A DNA stretch of 64,000 nucleotides. It comes from a virus. Taxonomy: Duplodnaviria; Caudoviricetes. This document shows positions 30,017 to 40,076 of this stretch, one piece after another. Position 1 is the first letter of the stretch, and each line of letters opens with the position of its first letter. Location: positions 1-64,000 of IMG/VR virus record IMGVR_UViG_3300015214_000026. One strand, 5' to 3'. Made by a program: the position numbers and the translations under genes. The notes below the pieces were generated by a model. That model had not been told where the DNA came from and made no database searches. It saw only the letters and a list, made by a program, of their open reading frames with translations.

Positions 30017-30868
30017 ATGCAGTCTTTTAATATAATGATACCAGATAACCTAGGCATAACAGATATAGTAACTTATCTTAAAAATACTCCGTTTAATTCG
30101 TTATACAACGTCTTTTATAATGAAAAAGTAGAATCGAAATACGATTACATAGTAGCGTCAGCGAATGACCCATCAACCTTTCTCTATAAAAAGAACGCAA
30201 ACATACTTATTAGCATAATCTCTTATGTGCCAAGTATTGATGATGAAAGATGGCCTAATTTTTATACTAATTTATGCCTTACAGACGTAATAGTGGTAGA
30301 TAACTATAATAAGTCTATTCTGGATACCTACGCTTATCCAGAAAAGCGTATTATTATAATGGATGGGGCGGCTATTCCGATTAAACCTCATATTACTAAA
30401 AAGGCATCCGACGATAAGTATCGTATATTGAACATAGACACCAATACGAAATTATGGGATAAATACGTTGAATACCTAGTTTCTTTTAATGACCATAAGC
30501 TTGAAGTTACTTTGAATCCGTCAGAAGCTGATGCGGTATTAGCTATGAATCCTATAGGTTATGGTCTAACCTATAGCATGGTTAATAAATTCTCATTTTT
30601 TATGAGTCCTGCAAACGATCAAACCTCCACTATTCTAGATGCTAGATGTATTCATTATTTAGATAAACGTCTTGGAGCTCTTATAGAAGTAAGAGGTAGT
30701 GCCTTTACACCGCAAATCAGAGAAGAATTTGGGGTATTCACAGTGACATTAACCGATTTATTAGATCATTTACAATCTTCTCGAAACAAGCTGTTTAGGT
30801 ATTCTACAAATCAACCATTGTTAGATAGAATCTTTCATCAACTTAACGCAACGTATACGCCACAATAA
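30017..30868 (+). CDS. Hypothetical protein
   Basis: 283-aa ORF with RBS AGGAG. Confidence 0.75.
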   Translation: MQSFNIMIPDNLGITDIVTYLKNTPFNSLYNVFYNEKVESKYDYIVASANDPSTFLYKKNANILISIISYVPSIDDERWPNFYTNLCLTDVIVVDNYNKSILDTYAYPEKRIIIMDGAAIPIKPHITKKASDDKYRILNIDTNTKLWDKYVEYLVSFNDHKLEVTLNPSEADAVLAMNPIGYGLTYSMVNKFSFFMSPANDQTSTILDARCIHYLDKRLGALIEVRGSAFTPQIREEFGVFTVTLTDLLDHLQSSRNKLFRYSTNQPLLDRIFHQLNATYTPQ

Positions 30869-30890
30869 CCTATAATAAATACAAAAAATA

Positions 30891-30915
30891 AGGCCGGTAG
30901 AAATTCTACCGGCCT
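30891..30915. terminator. Terminator hairpin at the convergence point
   Basis: AGGCCGGTAGAAATTCTACCGGCCT; near-identical copy at 38510-38534. Confidence 0.8.
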
Positions 30916-30940
30916 TTCGCATATCTATATAGTTCTATAG

Positions 30941-31879
30941 TTACTTCCAGATAATGTTATTATGTATAGTTTCCATAAATTCAGCGGCGTCCTCAAACTG
31001 TATATTTACACCGGAAGCCTGTTTATGCCCTCCTCCACCCCAAGCCTTAGCAAGAATAGAACAATCTACACCTTCACGACTACGAATACTTAGTCCAAAG
31101 GACGATTTAGTAAAATATCCAGTAATGCCTAAATCAAATCCTTCTTTAACAAATCTTGAACTAATTTCGCTACAGAAAGCATAGTCTGTAGTTACATATT
31201 TAAATGTAAATCCTTCATATTCACCTTCAATAGCGTTCTCAATAATTCGGTCAGCGGTAGTTTCTACGTATTGACGAATTACAACGCCTTTATCAAGAAA
31301 TGGAGTTAAATCGTCTTCTGTAGGAATATCAAGGAATGGTATATAAGACGCTCCATTGATAGGTATAGCCCTAGTAAACCACAAGAAATCGGTGCTTCTA
31401 GGCATATTATGACGGCCTAAATCAATATCCTTTATTCTATCTACAAACGGAGGAATACTTGTATCAGGATAGAAAAATTGCCAAGTAAGTGAAGAACCAC
31501 ATTCATCCATGTCAAAAAGAGCAACACATTTCTGTTCTTTTAAGAGTTCTTCTACCTCATTTACTGTATGGAATGATTCCAATTTAAAGTTTTCAAGTTC
31601 TGATTGAGCAGTAATATGATGGTCTAGAATAACAATTGACTCAGCAGAAGTAATAAGACCTTGAATTTCCTTGGCTTTATACGAAAAATCTGCCATAAGT
31701 ACGTGTTTTCCGCGTACTTTATCAATTAATTCATCTATAAACCCAGCTCGTTTAGCATCTCCATAATCACCTTTAATATATTCAATACTATCATCATTAT
31801 AGAACTTACGAATAACGGCTTCAGATGTAGCTCCATCCGAGCACGGGTAATGCGTAATTACAATATCTGGCTTATACAT
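30941..31879 (-). CDS. DHH/DHHA1 phosphoesterase
   Basis: HxxCxDG, DFS, LDHH, GGGGHKQASG. Confidence 0.9.
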   Translation of the reverse strand: MYKPDIVITHYPCSDGATSEAVIRKFYNDDSIEYIKGDYGDAKRAGFIDELIDKVRGKHVLMADFSYKAKEIQGLITSAESIVILDHHITAQSELENFKLESFHTVNEVEELLKEQKCVALFDMDECGSSLTWQFFYPDTSIPPFVDRIKDIDLGRHNMPRSTDFLWFTRAIPINGASYIPFLDIPTEDDLTPFLDKGVVIRQYVETTADRIIENAIEGEYEGFTFKYVTTDYAFCSEISSRFVKEGFDLGITGYFTKSSFGLSIRSREGVDCSILAKAWGGGGHKQASGVNIQFEDAAEFMETIHNNIIWK

Positions 31880-31881
31880 AC

Positions 31882-32181
31882 TTATAAATCCTTATGCTTT
31901 AAACAGTAGCTAATCCGGCGCTGTTCACAGTTATTGAAAGCTTCTCGTAGCACTTCCATACGCTTTTTAGAAACGTTTACATTGTATCGAATAATATCCT
32001 GACATTGGCTGATATCTTGTCTAAATCCATGATGGATATTGAAAATAGCGGATTTATTATCAGGTTCTATATCTAAAAGATTCATAGATTTAATTAATAA
32101 ATTGATAGTAGTAACAATCATAGAATCGGCGATATCCGCGTCAATCGCGGCAGCCTCTTTATTATTCTTAAATAATTCCAT
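31882..32181 (-). CDS. Hypothetical protein
   Basis: Packed ORF. Confidence 0.65.
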   Translation of the reverse strand: MELFKNNKEAAAIDADIADSMIVTTINLLIKSMNLLDIEPDNKSAIFNIHHGFRQDISQCQDIIRYNVNVSKKRMEVLREAFNNCEQRRISYCLKHKDL

Positions 32182-32193
32182 TATATTAAATCC

Positions 32194-32679
32194 TTAATTA
32201 TCGAATAAATGCCATGTGGCAGGAGTACCCTGAACCCCAGCCATATTACTTTGAGTTTCGCTGACTTCAATTCTGGTACACCATATGTCTCTGTCACCGG
32301 CTAGCTGCTTAAGAAATCCATGCTTTGGGTCATTCATCCATCTGTATAACCAATCTGCGAGACCTTCACAACCAGTTCTTTCTACTTCTACTACTTTAGC
32401 TAAGCCGATAGCATCAAGATTAATAAGAGTTTCTTTAAATGGATCATCAATAGCTACTAAAAGAGTATGATCGAACCATTCTTCTAACCATCCCTTGAGA
32501 GGACTCAAACTGCCGAAATCGATAACCCAATTCCTAGTATCTAATTCGTTAGTACCGAACTCAAAATAAAATGATGGAGAATAGCCATGTAGAAGATTAC
32601 AATGGCTATCAGCCTTCCATTGTCTATAGGCAATAGAACCTAGATTCACGTATCGCTTGGAAGAAAAATACTTATACAT
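32194..32679 (-). CDS. queD: 6-carboxy-5,6,7,8-tetrahydropterin synthase
   Basis: CNLLHGY, VIDFG, FDH, TGCEGLA, VSETQSN. Confidence 0.9.
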   Translation of the reverse strand: MYKYFSSKRYVNLGSIAYRQWKADSHCNLLHGYSPSFYFEFGTNELDTRNWVIDFGSLSPLKGWLEEWFDHTLLVAIDDPFKETLINLDAIGLAKVVEVERTGCEGLADWLYRWMNDPKHGFLKQLAGDRDIWCTRIEVSETQSNMAGVQGTPATWHLFDN

Positions 32680-33139
32680 CTCCTACCAACCTGTATGTCT
32701 TTTTAAATACTTCTTTTTCAATACGATATACATCCGTACCATCCAGTTTAGTAGAACAAATATAATCTCCTGGCTCACATAACATTTCTTCACCCCAAGG
32801 AGCTTCAAATACAAAAGTATCCAGTCCTACGTATTTAACTGCGTAGCATTTACCTGTAGCTTCCCAGATTTCTGCTACACCTTTTGGTTCAATCTCAAGA
32901 AATTTATACCTGTCTTTTAGTTTAGAATTAGACAGAAGATACTGTTCCCCAGCTGACCCTGTTATAAGAACATCGCCCACTTTGGCTATATTTGTAGTCT
33001 CTTTCTTGCCATTAATAATGGTATCTACCTTAGTGCCTGGCTTAATAGCCTGAACCCTAACCCTACCTATTTTCTTGTATTCATTAAGATATTCATCTTC
33101 CTTAGCCATAAGGAACAATTTTACAGCTCGGTTTGTCAT
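32672..33139 (-). CDS. PGDYG-like protein
   Basis: AKVGDVLITG..GEQY, APWGE.M..EPGDY, YRIEKEVFKKTY. Confidence 0.7.
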   Translation of the reverse strand: MTNRAVKLFLMAKEDEYLNEYKKIGRVRVQAIKPGTKVDTIINGKKETTNIAKVGDVLITGSAGEQYLLSNSKLKDRYKFLEIEPKGVAEIWEATGKCYAVKYVGLDTFVFEAPWGEEMLCEPGDYICSTKLDGTDVYRIEKEVFKKTYRLVGDV

Positions 33140-33216
33140 AGTAGAACCTATTCTTGAGGTTTTAAATAATAGGCGAGTGCTACTGTTTTAAAATAAGACA
33201 TTGTTGTAGTCTCCTA

Positions 33217-34077
33217 TTATGGAAGATTCCATAGAAGATGTGCCTGAATAGTACAGATAAACCCATATCTCATGGCTAACATAGCCGCTCTTTCATGTGA
33301 TCTTCTATTAGCTTCCATATCTAGAATACCCGGTTCCCAAAAAGATACACGTTCCATTTCTTCACTACGTACAGATATATCGGCGTCTTTTCCGAAATAC
33401 CTACTTTCTAACATCTTTTGCGGTTCAGACAAGTAATAATTCATCGGCGAAAGGTAAATCGGGGAATCGAGTTTTAAAGCCCATTCAGGTACGTCATAAT
33501 AAGGGCTATCGGGGTCGAAAGAAATTAGGAATTTGAAGAATACGCTTGAACTATATAGGTTATTATCGCAAGGTTTTAGGTACCTGCCAAATTTTCCATT
33601 CTTTTCATATACTTTTGGACTACATACCACTATTATATTCGGGGAAAGCATTGAAAAGTCTACAGTACCGTTTGTTTCAATTTGAATGGTATCGAATACG
33701 CTAGCTTCTTCTAAACGATTAATAAAATTAATAAAATTCGGCTGCAACATAGGCTCACCACCAGTAATAATTAGATTCCATCTATTATAAGGATCGGTAT
33801 AATCTTGTGAACCTCCATCATACGTAGCATTCCACTTATCAATGGATTCTTTTGCCGCTTCTATTAAGCTATCAAACGTATATACGTCCCCTTTATCGAA
33901 GAAAGCATCACAGAATTGGCACGCGAGATTACAGCCTGTTAACCGAACAAAAACACTTCTTTGCCCGATAAGTGGCCCCTCTCCTTGAAGACTAGCAAAG
34001 ATAGAAGTGACAAGAAGTTCATTACTATTCAACGAAGAATAGTTTTTTCGGCCGTGGATAACATTTTTACCAAACAT
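33217..34077 (-). CDS. queE: 7-carboxy-7-deazaguanine synthase (radical SAM)
   Basis: [35 protein letters not shown]. Confidence 0.93.
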   Translation of the reverse strand: MFGKNVIHGRKNYSSLNSNELLVTSIFASLQGEGPLIGQRSVFVRLTGCNLACQFCDAFFDKGDVYTFDSLIEAAKESIDKWNATYDGGSQDYTDPYNRWNLIITGGEPMLQPNFINFINRLEEASVFDTIQIETNGTVDFSMLSPNIIVVCSPKVYEKNGKFGRYLKPCDNNLYSSSVFFKFLISFDPDSPYYDVPEWALKLDSPIYLSPMNYYLSEPQKMLESRYFGKDADISVRSEEMERVSFWEPGILDMEANRRSHERAAMLAMRYGFICTIQAHLLWNLP

Positions 34078-34092
34078 CTTTAAATTCCTGTT

Positions 34093-34656
34093 TTAGCGGT
34101 AGAGTCTACTAAATAGAGACTCTACATCTTTGTCTAAATCGTTCTCTACTGTTACTTTACCAGTAGATTGAATACGGTATTCTGTATAAAATGGAATACG
34201 ATCTTCTTTAGGGCCTATTGTAAAATCAGAATATTCTATAAGCATAGCATCTTTTATTAATATTGCTTGGGGAATACCATACGCTATAATAGGAATTAGC
34301 AAGTCCACAGACGTATTAAACATATCAGCCTGTATTGAATCTAGAGTATCATACACTATGGCTAAATCTTTATAAGCAATTGTATGATCTAATTTTATAA
34401 TAATATCTTCTACAGGGATACCTTTAAACAAATTAATGGTTAATGGGTTATTCGCATGTAAGGATTTAGCGGATAAATGTTCTATTCTGGCTATTTCTTG
34501 TATTTTATCGAATCTAGCCCATAAAGTTCCAGTAAATATATATTCTGGATATTCAGATTCTTCATGCATGACACCTAGTTTATCTAAAAATTTAGGTTTT
34601 AAATCTAGAACATCGCAAAATTTATTAAAAACTTCTCGTTTAATGAAGGTCATCAA
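34093..34656 (-). CDS. Hypothetical protein
   Basis: Packed ORF. Confidence 0.7.
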   Translation of the reverse strand: MMTFIKREVFNKFCDVLDLKPKFLDKLGVMHEESEYPEYIFTGTLWARFDKIQEIARIEHLSAKSLHANNPLTINLFKGIPVEDIIIKLDHTIAYKDLAIVYDTLDSIQADMFNTSVDLLIPIIAYGIPQAILIKDAMLIEYSDFTIGPKEDRIPFYTEYRIQSTGKVTVENDLDKDVESLFSRLYR

Positions 34657-35084
34657 AAGATTCCTTTTACTTTTTTCAATTCTGTAACTAGCTTAGATTG
34701 TGCTAAACCAATTGCTTTCTTAGATTCTCTTTTATTATTGATAGCAATTTCCGCTAAAGAAGTTATAAATTGAACCAACGAAGCTCTGAGGAATATTGTT
34801 GGAGCGTCAGGATACTGTTTTAGTATTACATGTGCAAACATCGCAAAAATATCGTAATGTAAATGACCGCGTAAAGAATTACAACGTCTACACGCAAATA
34901 ATAAGTTATCTGAATGGTCTGTGCCTCCTAAAGCTCTAGGTATTATATGCTCGATAGAACACTCTTTTCCCGCTTCAATGGGGTTAACCTTGTCACTATT
35001 ATTATAAGGTAACATTGGCCTTTTACAATAGTGACAAGGTTTACCTACACCTTCTTTAGCTTGTACTTTTCTAAATGGTTCCAT
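34653..35084 (-). CDS. HNH endonuclease
   Basis: CHYC, SIEHIIPRALGG, NLLFACRRCN. Confidence 0.85.
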   Translation of the reverse strand: MEPFRKVQAKEGVGKPCHYCKRPMLPYNNSDKVNPIEAGKECSIEHIIPRALGGTDHSDNLLFACRRCNSLRGHLHYDIFAMFAHVILKQYPDAPTIFLRASLVQFITSLAEIAINNKRESKKAIGLAQSKLVTELKKVKGIF

Positions 35085-35334
35085 CTGTATTTACACAGTC
35101 ATCATTACTAGGAAGATTCCTACTTTCATCAAATGGGCTAAATCCGTACCACTTATCTCGGGCTTTAACGGCGGTATTATACACTTCTAAACAACCTAAC
35201 ATGTATTTTGCGAGTAGAAAATCCGGTGTATTCGAATCGTTTTCTTTACAATGCTTATTAATGATATGCTCAAGGTCTTTTTCAAAATCAGATGTATCGA
35301 CTTCGACTAATACTTCAAAATCAAGATTTGACAT
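35071..35334 (-). CDS. Hypothetical phage protein
   Basis: LEHIINKHCKENDSNTPDFLLAKY. Confidence 0.7.
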   Translation of the reverse strand: MSNLDFEVLVEVDTSDFEKDLEHIINKHCKENDSNTPDFLLAKYMLGCLEVYNTAVKARDKWYGFSPFDESRNLPSNDDCVNTDGTI

Positions 35335-35337
35335 TAG

Positions 35338-35886
35338 TTATTCTCTTTCTCTTATAGACTCTACTGGTTTATTTTCTTGATTCTGGTATTTACCCATGTA
35401 TGGCTTTTGTGTTTTATTTACTAATTTAGTAAATAGAATTTGTGCGATCGGATCCCCGGATTTGATATGAATAGGCTTATAGCCTACACATTTCAATTCA
35501 AGTGTAAGCCAGCCTGACCAGCCTGGTTCAATAACAGTATTATGTACAGATAAGCCCTCTCTAACCCATGAAGATTTATCCTTTACTTCCGCTCTAATAT
35601 CCTCCTGTAAATTGAATTTTTCTATAGTAGAAGCCAACATGAAAGAAGGTCGTGGTTCCACGTATTCCTTTCTTGTCAATTTACACCAAACGCTGTATAA
35701 ACCATTAACAACTAAGTTACCTAATGTAACTGGATACAATGTAATTTCTTGCTTAATGCGTACGTCATATCCTGATTCTGCTAAACCATAAGATTTACCA
35801 GATTTCACAGTCTTTTCATAATACGGTGTTATTAACCCGTATTTTATACAGCGTAGTTTAATATGTTGATAAGCTAATCCAGTCAT
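35338..35886 (-). CDS. dcd: dCTP deaminase
   Basis: SYGL..GYD, DKSSW.R.GL, IEPGWSG.LTLEL, IAQ, Y.GKYQNQ. Confidence 0.85.
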   Translation of the reverse strand: MTGLAYQHIKLRCIKYGLITPYYEKTVKSGKSYGLAESGYDVRIKQEITLYPVTLGNLVVNGLYSVWCKLTRKEYVEPRPSFMLASTIEKFNLQEDIRAEVKDKSSWVREGLSVHNTVIEPGWSGWLTLELKCVGYKPIHIKSGDPIAQILFTKLVNKTQKPYMGKYQNQENKPVESIRERE

Positions 35887-35888
35887 TA

Positions 35889-36968
35889 CTACACCGCAAT
35901 AGGAGCTTTGATAGTATCATGGCTGATATAATCATCTAGTCTAATATCAGACCATTCATAGTTTTTAGGATCATCATAACGATTATTAATAAACAGCTTA
36001 GGAGATTCACCCGCTGAATACCTAGAAAGTTGTTCTTTAGCCTGATCTTCATGGTTTCTATAAAGATGGCAATCTCCAACAGTGTAAACTAGTTCACCGG
36101 GAATCATATTAACAGTATTAGCCATCAAGTGTGTCAAAAGCGCATATTGAGCAATGTTAAAGGGCATTCCTAAATACGCATCATTTGAGCGAATAACAAC
36201 GTGACAATCTAGATATCTTTCTGGAATACCTTCCTCGTCTAGCTTACGCTTGTTTTTACCGGCCATGGAAGAATCGGACATCCATTGTTCATTAAGATCG
36301 TATAGCTCAGAACGATTAAGCCTTTCTTTCATAGAAAGCGGACGTGTATAGAATTGGAATGTATAATGACAAGGAGGCAACCCGGAAGGAATCATTTCTG
36401 GAATATCAGCTACGTTCCAAGCTGAAACAATCATTCTACGTGATTCGGGGGCAGTCTTTAGATCATTAATAACTTGAGCAATCTGGTCAATACCTCCAAT
36501 AGACCAATTTTTATTATGTTCAGCTGTTACTATTTTCCAATTACGCCATTGATATCCATAAACAGGTCCACAATCTCCCCATTTATCCGCAAATAGCTCA
36601 TTCGAACCCCAATCTCGCCCATTAGTACGAATCTTGTTTTCAAAATCCTCTTTAGTAAGAGGAAAATCATGATTTTCAGCATTATATTTCTTTAGGGGCC
36701 AATCAGTCCATATGCTAACACCATTATCCACGAGATACTTGATATTAGTATCTCCCATGAGCATCCACTTTAGCTCATGAAAAATACCTTTAAACCACAC
36801 TTTCTTTGTAGTAATAAGTGGGAATTGGGTTTCCAAATTAGAGAACCTAAGCTGTCTACCGAATAGGCTCCTAGTACCTGTACCAGTCCTATCCCCACGG
36901 ATAGGTGCTTTCAATAGTTCTTCTAGAATAGTATGATACTGCCTATCAACTGGATTTAGCCACGTCAT
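35889..36968 (-). CDS. thyA: Thymidylate synthase
   Basis: DRTGTGT, GPVYGYQWR, SRR, LPPCH, RSNDAYLGMPFNIAQY, C-terminal IKAPIAV. Confidence 0.97.
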   Translation of the reverse strand: MTWLNPVDRQYHTILEELLKAPIRGDRTGTGTRSLFGRQLRFSNLETQFPLITTKKVWFKGIFHELKWMLMGDTNIKYLVDNGVSIWTDWPLKKYNAENHDFPLTKEDFENKIRTNGRDWGSNELFADKWGDCGPVYGYQWRNWKIVTAEHNKNWSIGGIDQIAQVINDLKTAPESRRMIVSAWNVADIPEMIPSGLPPCHYTFQFYTRPLSMKERLNRSELYDLNEQWMSDSSMAGKNKRKLDEEGIPERYLDCHVVIRSNDAYLGMPFNIAQYALLTHLMANTVNMIPGELVYTVGDCHLYRNHEDQAKEQLSRYSAGESPKLFINNRYDDPKNYEWSDIRLDDYISHDTIKAPIAV

Positions 36969-37621
36969 CCTATAATCTCCATTATCTTTGATCTTTTTAA
37001 ACCAGTTAAATTAGAAATTTCGCTTATTGATTTACCTTCAGCCCATAATACATTTACCTTTAACTCATTTTTAGATAAATGTTTGTTATTAGCTATATTA
37101 GATTCTAACTTTTCTTTTATCTTCTCTTTTGCTCGATTAAAAGATGACTTTAATGTACCAATAGGTAGATTTAATTTTAAAGAAGCTTCTTCGTAGCTTA
37201 AACCTAGCACACCTATATACGTAAGTATATCTCTATCGTATTTAGGCATAGACCGCATTATTCTAGATAACTGGTCTAGTTCTAATGATTCTTCTTGATA
37301 ACCCTCTATTGGAATATTTCTTGTATAAATATTATCAGTATCTTGAACTTCGAATTTAATTTTTCTTAAATTACTATACCATTCATTACGCAAAATAGTA
37401 AAACACCAAGCTTTAAACCCTCCAGCTTTTACATCAAAATATTTTTCACGGTTTAAAAGAACTTTTAAGAAAGTTATAGATACTAAATCTTCAGCATTTT
37501 CAAAATCTTTTCGTTTAGCGAAATTTAATAAATTAGGACGTATATCTATAAATCTCTTGGTTATTTCTTCTTCTGAAAGCGTTGGACCTTTATTATCATT
37601 GGTAGCGATATTACTATTCAT
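36965..37621 (-). CDS. ECF sigma factor (EcfG/RpoE2-like) with extra C-terminal HTH
   Basis: AEDLV..TFLK, KAWCFTILRNEWYS.LRK..EVQDTD, GLSYEEA....PIGTLKS...RA. Confidence 0.85.
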   Translation of the reverse strand: MNSNIATNDNKGPTLSEEEITKRFIDIRPNLLNFAKRKDFENAEDLVSITFLKVLLNREKYFDVKAGGFKAWCFTILRNEWYSNLRKIKFEVQDTDNIYTRNIPIEGYQEESLELDQLSRIMRSMPKYDRDILTYIGVLGLSYEEASLKLNLPIGTLKSSFNRAKEKIKEKLESNIANNKHLSKNELKVNVLWAEGKSISEISNLTGLKRSKIMEIIG

Positions 37622-38451
37622 AACGCCCCCACGTTTTCAAAAAATTCCATCAATTTAATTGATAGTGTTTGGTTTACTGCTCGTTTCTTTCTGGATTCTA
37701 CAACAGCATTGTCTAGCGTTGTTTGCAAATTAAGTTGTTCTAAATATTTTAAGGTAGATTCCTTCTTTAAAGACGGTTCTAAATCGTATACATGGCAGAA
37801 TGCTTTTATTACCGGATCGCGTAGAAGCCCTCTATTCATATCTGCCGCTGTTTCGGTAATACTACGTAAAGCAAAAATAAGATGGTCTTCGCCATAGACC
37901 TTTAAAGATTTTTTCAAGCAGCCTAAAGCAATTGTATGACCGGGTTTAATTACCTTGTTATCTACAGGATAAGCATTGATAGTTACATTGGCCCGTCTAC
38001 ATATTTCGACTAACCTAATACTATCTTCCAATCCCGCCGCAACTTCTGCTTTGAACGTAGATAATGGAGAAACAGCAGTAATTCCCGCATTAATAGATAC
38101 GAAAGCTAATGCTTGTTCTTCTTTTGTAGCTTCAATTACGTTACAAGGTACTTCGCGTATACCCCGCAAGAAAGCAGCAATAGTTCTATGTTGACCATCT
38201 ACAATTATATACTTGTTGTTAAATAAAGCTACTTGAATAGCGCCAAATTTCTTCCAATCAAATTTAGTAGCTATTTTGACTATGTTACGTTTGCCAGTAC
38301 GAAATACTTTACGCTGAAAGGATTTGTCAATGTTTAATTGAGCTATGTCTATCCACACTAATTCAGATTTCTTTCCTATTTCAGATACGTCCTCTGGTAA
38401 TTCTAAATTAAGCTCCTTAGCTATATCTGAAAGGCAAACAATATCATCCAT
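37618..38451 (-). CDS. ParB/Srx-like N-terminal domain protein
   Basis: LNIDKSFQR, IVDGQHR, EQALAFVSIN. Confidence 0.8.
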   Translation of the reverse strand: MDDIVCLSDIAKELNLELPEDVSEIGKKSELVWIDIAQLNIDKSFQRKVFRTGKRNIVKIATKFDWKKFGAIQVALFNNKYIIVDGQHRTIAAFLRGIREVPCNVIEATKEEQALAFVSINAGITAVSPLSTFKAEVAAGLEDSIRLVEICRRANVTINAYPVDNKVIKPGHTIALGCLKKSLKVYGEDHLIFALRSITETAADMNRGLLRDPVIKAFCHVYDLEPSLKKESTLKYLEQLNLQTTLDNAVVESRKKRAVNQTLSIKLMEFFENVGAL

Positions 38452-38509
38452 ATTAAAATTCCCTAAGTATAATATACTATCTATATTTTACGGTAAGAAG
38501 CGAAAAAAG

Positions 38510-38534
38510 AGGCCGGTAGAATTTCTACCGGCCT
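38510..38534 (-). terminator. Rho-independent terminator
   Basis: AGGCCGGTAGA stem followed by TTTTTT on the minus strand. Confidence 0.8.
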
Positions 38535-38629
38535 AAGTTACGACGAAAGGAAATTAACAACATGACGTAGTAAATATAGACGGACCCATACTTTCTACAT
38601 ACTAGAATTAGGTTATTATTATTTTTACA

Positions 38630-39160
38630 TCAATCACCAGAAGCGTCGTTATCTGTATCTGGCTTAGTTGGATTGGAAAGGCGAACAATGTCAGCCTTCA
38701 ATCTATCAATTTCTTCCATAAGAGCTGCGTTCTGTTGGTTAGCTACTTCTAATTCGTTATTTTCTTTAATTGCTTCCAAAGCGCCTCGTAATTCATCAGC
38801 TTCTTTGATAGCTTCATTCATGGCGGCTATGTTTTCCTTAGCCGCTTCATCGTACTCATTAATTGTGCTATTCAACATATCAATGGTAATATTAAGCTTT
38901 TCGTTTTCTTTAGTAAGCTTAGTCAACTCTTTATTAGTCTTAGCTGCTTTAGTAACCTTGCCGATAGATACATTATATCGACCAAAAGTGTAGACCGAAG
39001 TGCGGTCTTCTCTAAAAGTGTTAGAACTGGCTACAGAAAGGTCTTCAAATTCAATAGTGATAGTAGGTGTATCTAAGGAAAATTCAGAAGGCAAACGCCC
39101 AGACTCTACAACCTCTAACTGATTTCCAACAATTGTAATAGCTTTGATAGGATTTTCCAT
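38630..39160 (-). CDS. Hypothetical coiled-coil protein
   Basis: 176-aa ORF. Confidence 0.7.
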   Translation of the reverse strand: MENPIKAITIVGNQLEVVESGRLPSEFSLDTPTITIEFEDLSVASSNTFREDRTSVYTFGRYNVSIGKVTKAAKTNKELTKLTKENEKLNITIDMLNSTINEYDEAAKENIAAMNEAIKEADELRGALEAIKENNELEVANQQNAALMEEIDRLKADIVRLSNPTKPDTDNDASGD

Positions 39161-39163
39161 AAT

Positions 39164-39409
39164 CTATTTTCCTTTTAGTACCTTATTACCCAATTTAGAC
39201 AGAGAATATCTAGCTATACCACCGTTGAATTTAGGATGCGGTATTAGTTCCCTATCAGGTTCGATTAACCCCGCCTTGACTAATTTTTTAATATAATGTA
39301 AAGCGGGATCATTTTTTGTAAATTTCTCTACTGGTTGGTTATCTTTCATCCATTCCAATGTAGAGACTACTTTCTTCGTTATTCTTATGGTTATTATGCT
39401 ATTTGTCAT
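39164..39409 (-). CDS. Small winged-helix-like protein
   Basis: IKKLVKAGLIE...YSLSKLG pattern. Confidence 0.6.
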   Translation of the reverse strand: MTNSIITIRITKKVVSTLEWMKDNQPVEKFTKNDPALHYIKKLVKAGLIEPDRELIPHPKFNGGIARYSLSKLGNKVLKGK

Positions 39410-40064
39410 CTATACCAATAAATTGTGCTAAATCAAGAAGATCAATAAAATAATTGGAAGCTTTGATTAATCTTTTAGATACAGTAAACGGATATGATTT
39501 ATCGTCACCACTAATTAGTTGCTTATTTTCTATTGCGGTAGAAACTCTTTTATGAGAATTACCAATTATTGTTACAGTTATACCTCTAGACTGTAAGGCT
39601 TTAACAATTTCTGTATGTTCCGTATTGCCGGTCATAAAAATAACATGATCTATGTTAATTAGATTCATGCTATCTAGTGCAATAGAAACATCGATACTGG
39701 TCTTTATTCCAATAGAATTTGTATCCGAAAATTCAAATTCTCTGCCACGCTTTAATGTAACCTTGAAGTTGTTATAACTCATCCAATTAACAACGCTATA
39801 CCACCAAGGTTTATCGTCCGTAGATAATTTTAAAGTGTCAATATCTAAATCAAATTCATTGGAATCTACTTCAACGTTTGTAACAGTTAAATAATAATTA
39901 ATATTACGTACTCTTGCTATTTCTGTAAAGAAAGATTGGAATTTATTCCAATCAATTTTCATATCAATCGATCTAGTAGCACTATGCGTGGTATGACCAT
40001 CAATTAAAATAGCTACGCGATCAAATTCTTTGATAATAAGTTCAAGCTTGTCTCTGGCATTCAT
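39399..40064 (-). CDS. NYN (LabA/DUF88) domain protein with degenerate catalytic motif
   Basis: ILIDG, K..IDV.IALD, FMTGNTEH in place of SGDGDF, LQSRGITV, L...A..FIDL. Confidence 0.75.
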   Translation of the reverse strand: MNARDKLELIIKEFDRVAILIDGHTTHSATRSIDMKIDWNKFQSFFTEIARVRNINYYLTVTNVEVDSNEFDLDIDTLKLSTDDKPWWYSVVNWMSYNNFKVTLKRGREFEFSDTNSIGIKTSIDVSIALDSMNLINIDHVIFMTGNTEHTEIVKALQSRGITVTIIGNSHKRVSTAIENKQLISGDDKSYPFTVSKRLIKASNYFIDLLDLAQFIGIDDK

Positions 40065-40076
40065 TACTCTAAACCC

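Noticed and set aside
30887-30896. Possible self-target of array 2 (TTGCCAATA+revcomp AGTCGGCCT shares AATAAGGCCG)
   Set aside because: Only 10 of 18 nt match, which is compatible with chance. No full 18-nt target for any spacer pair was spotted by eye in this window.
35889-36968. thyA as a pyrimidine hydroxymethylase
   Set aside because: It retains the dUMP-specifying Asn (PFN) and a canonical C-terminus, so it looks like an ordinary thymidylate synthase.
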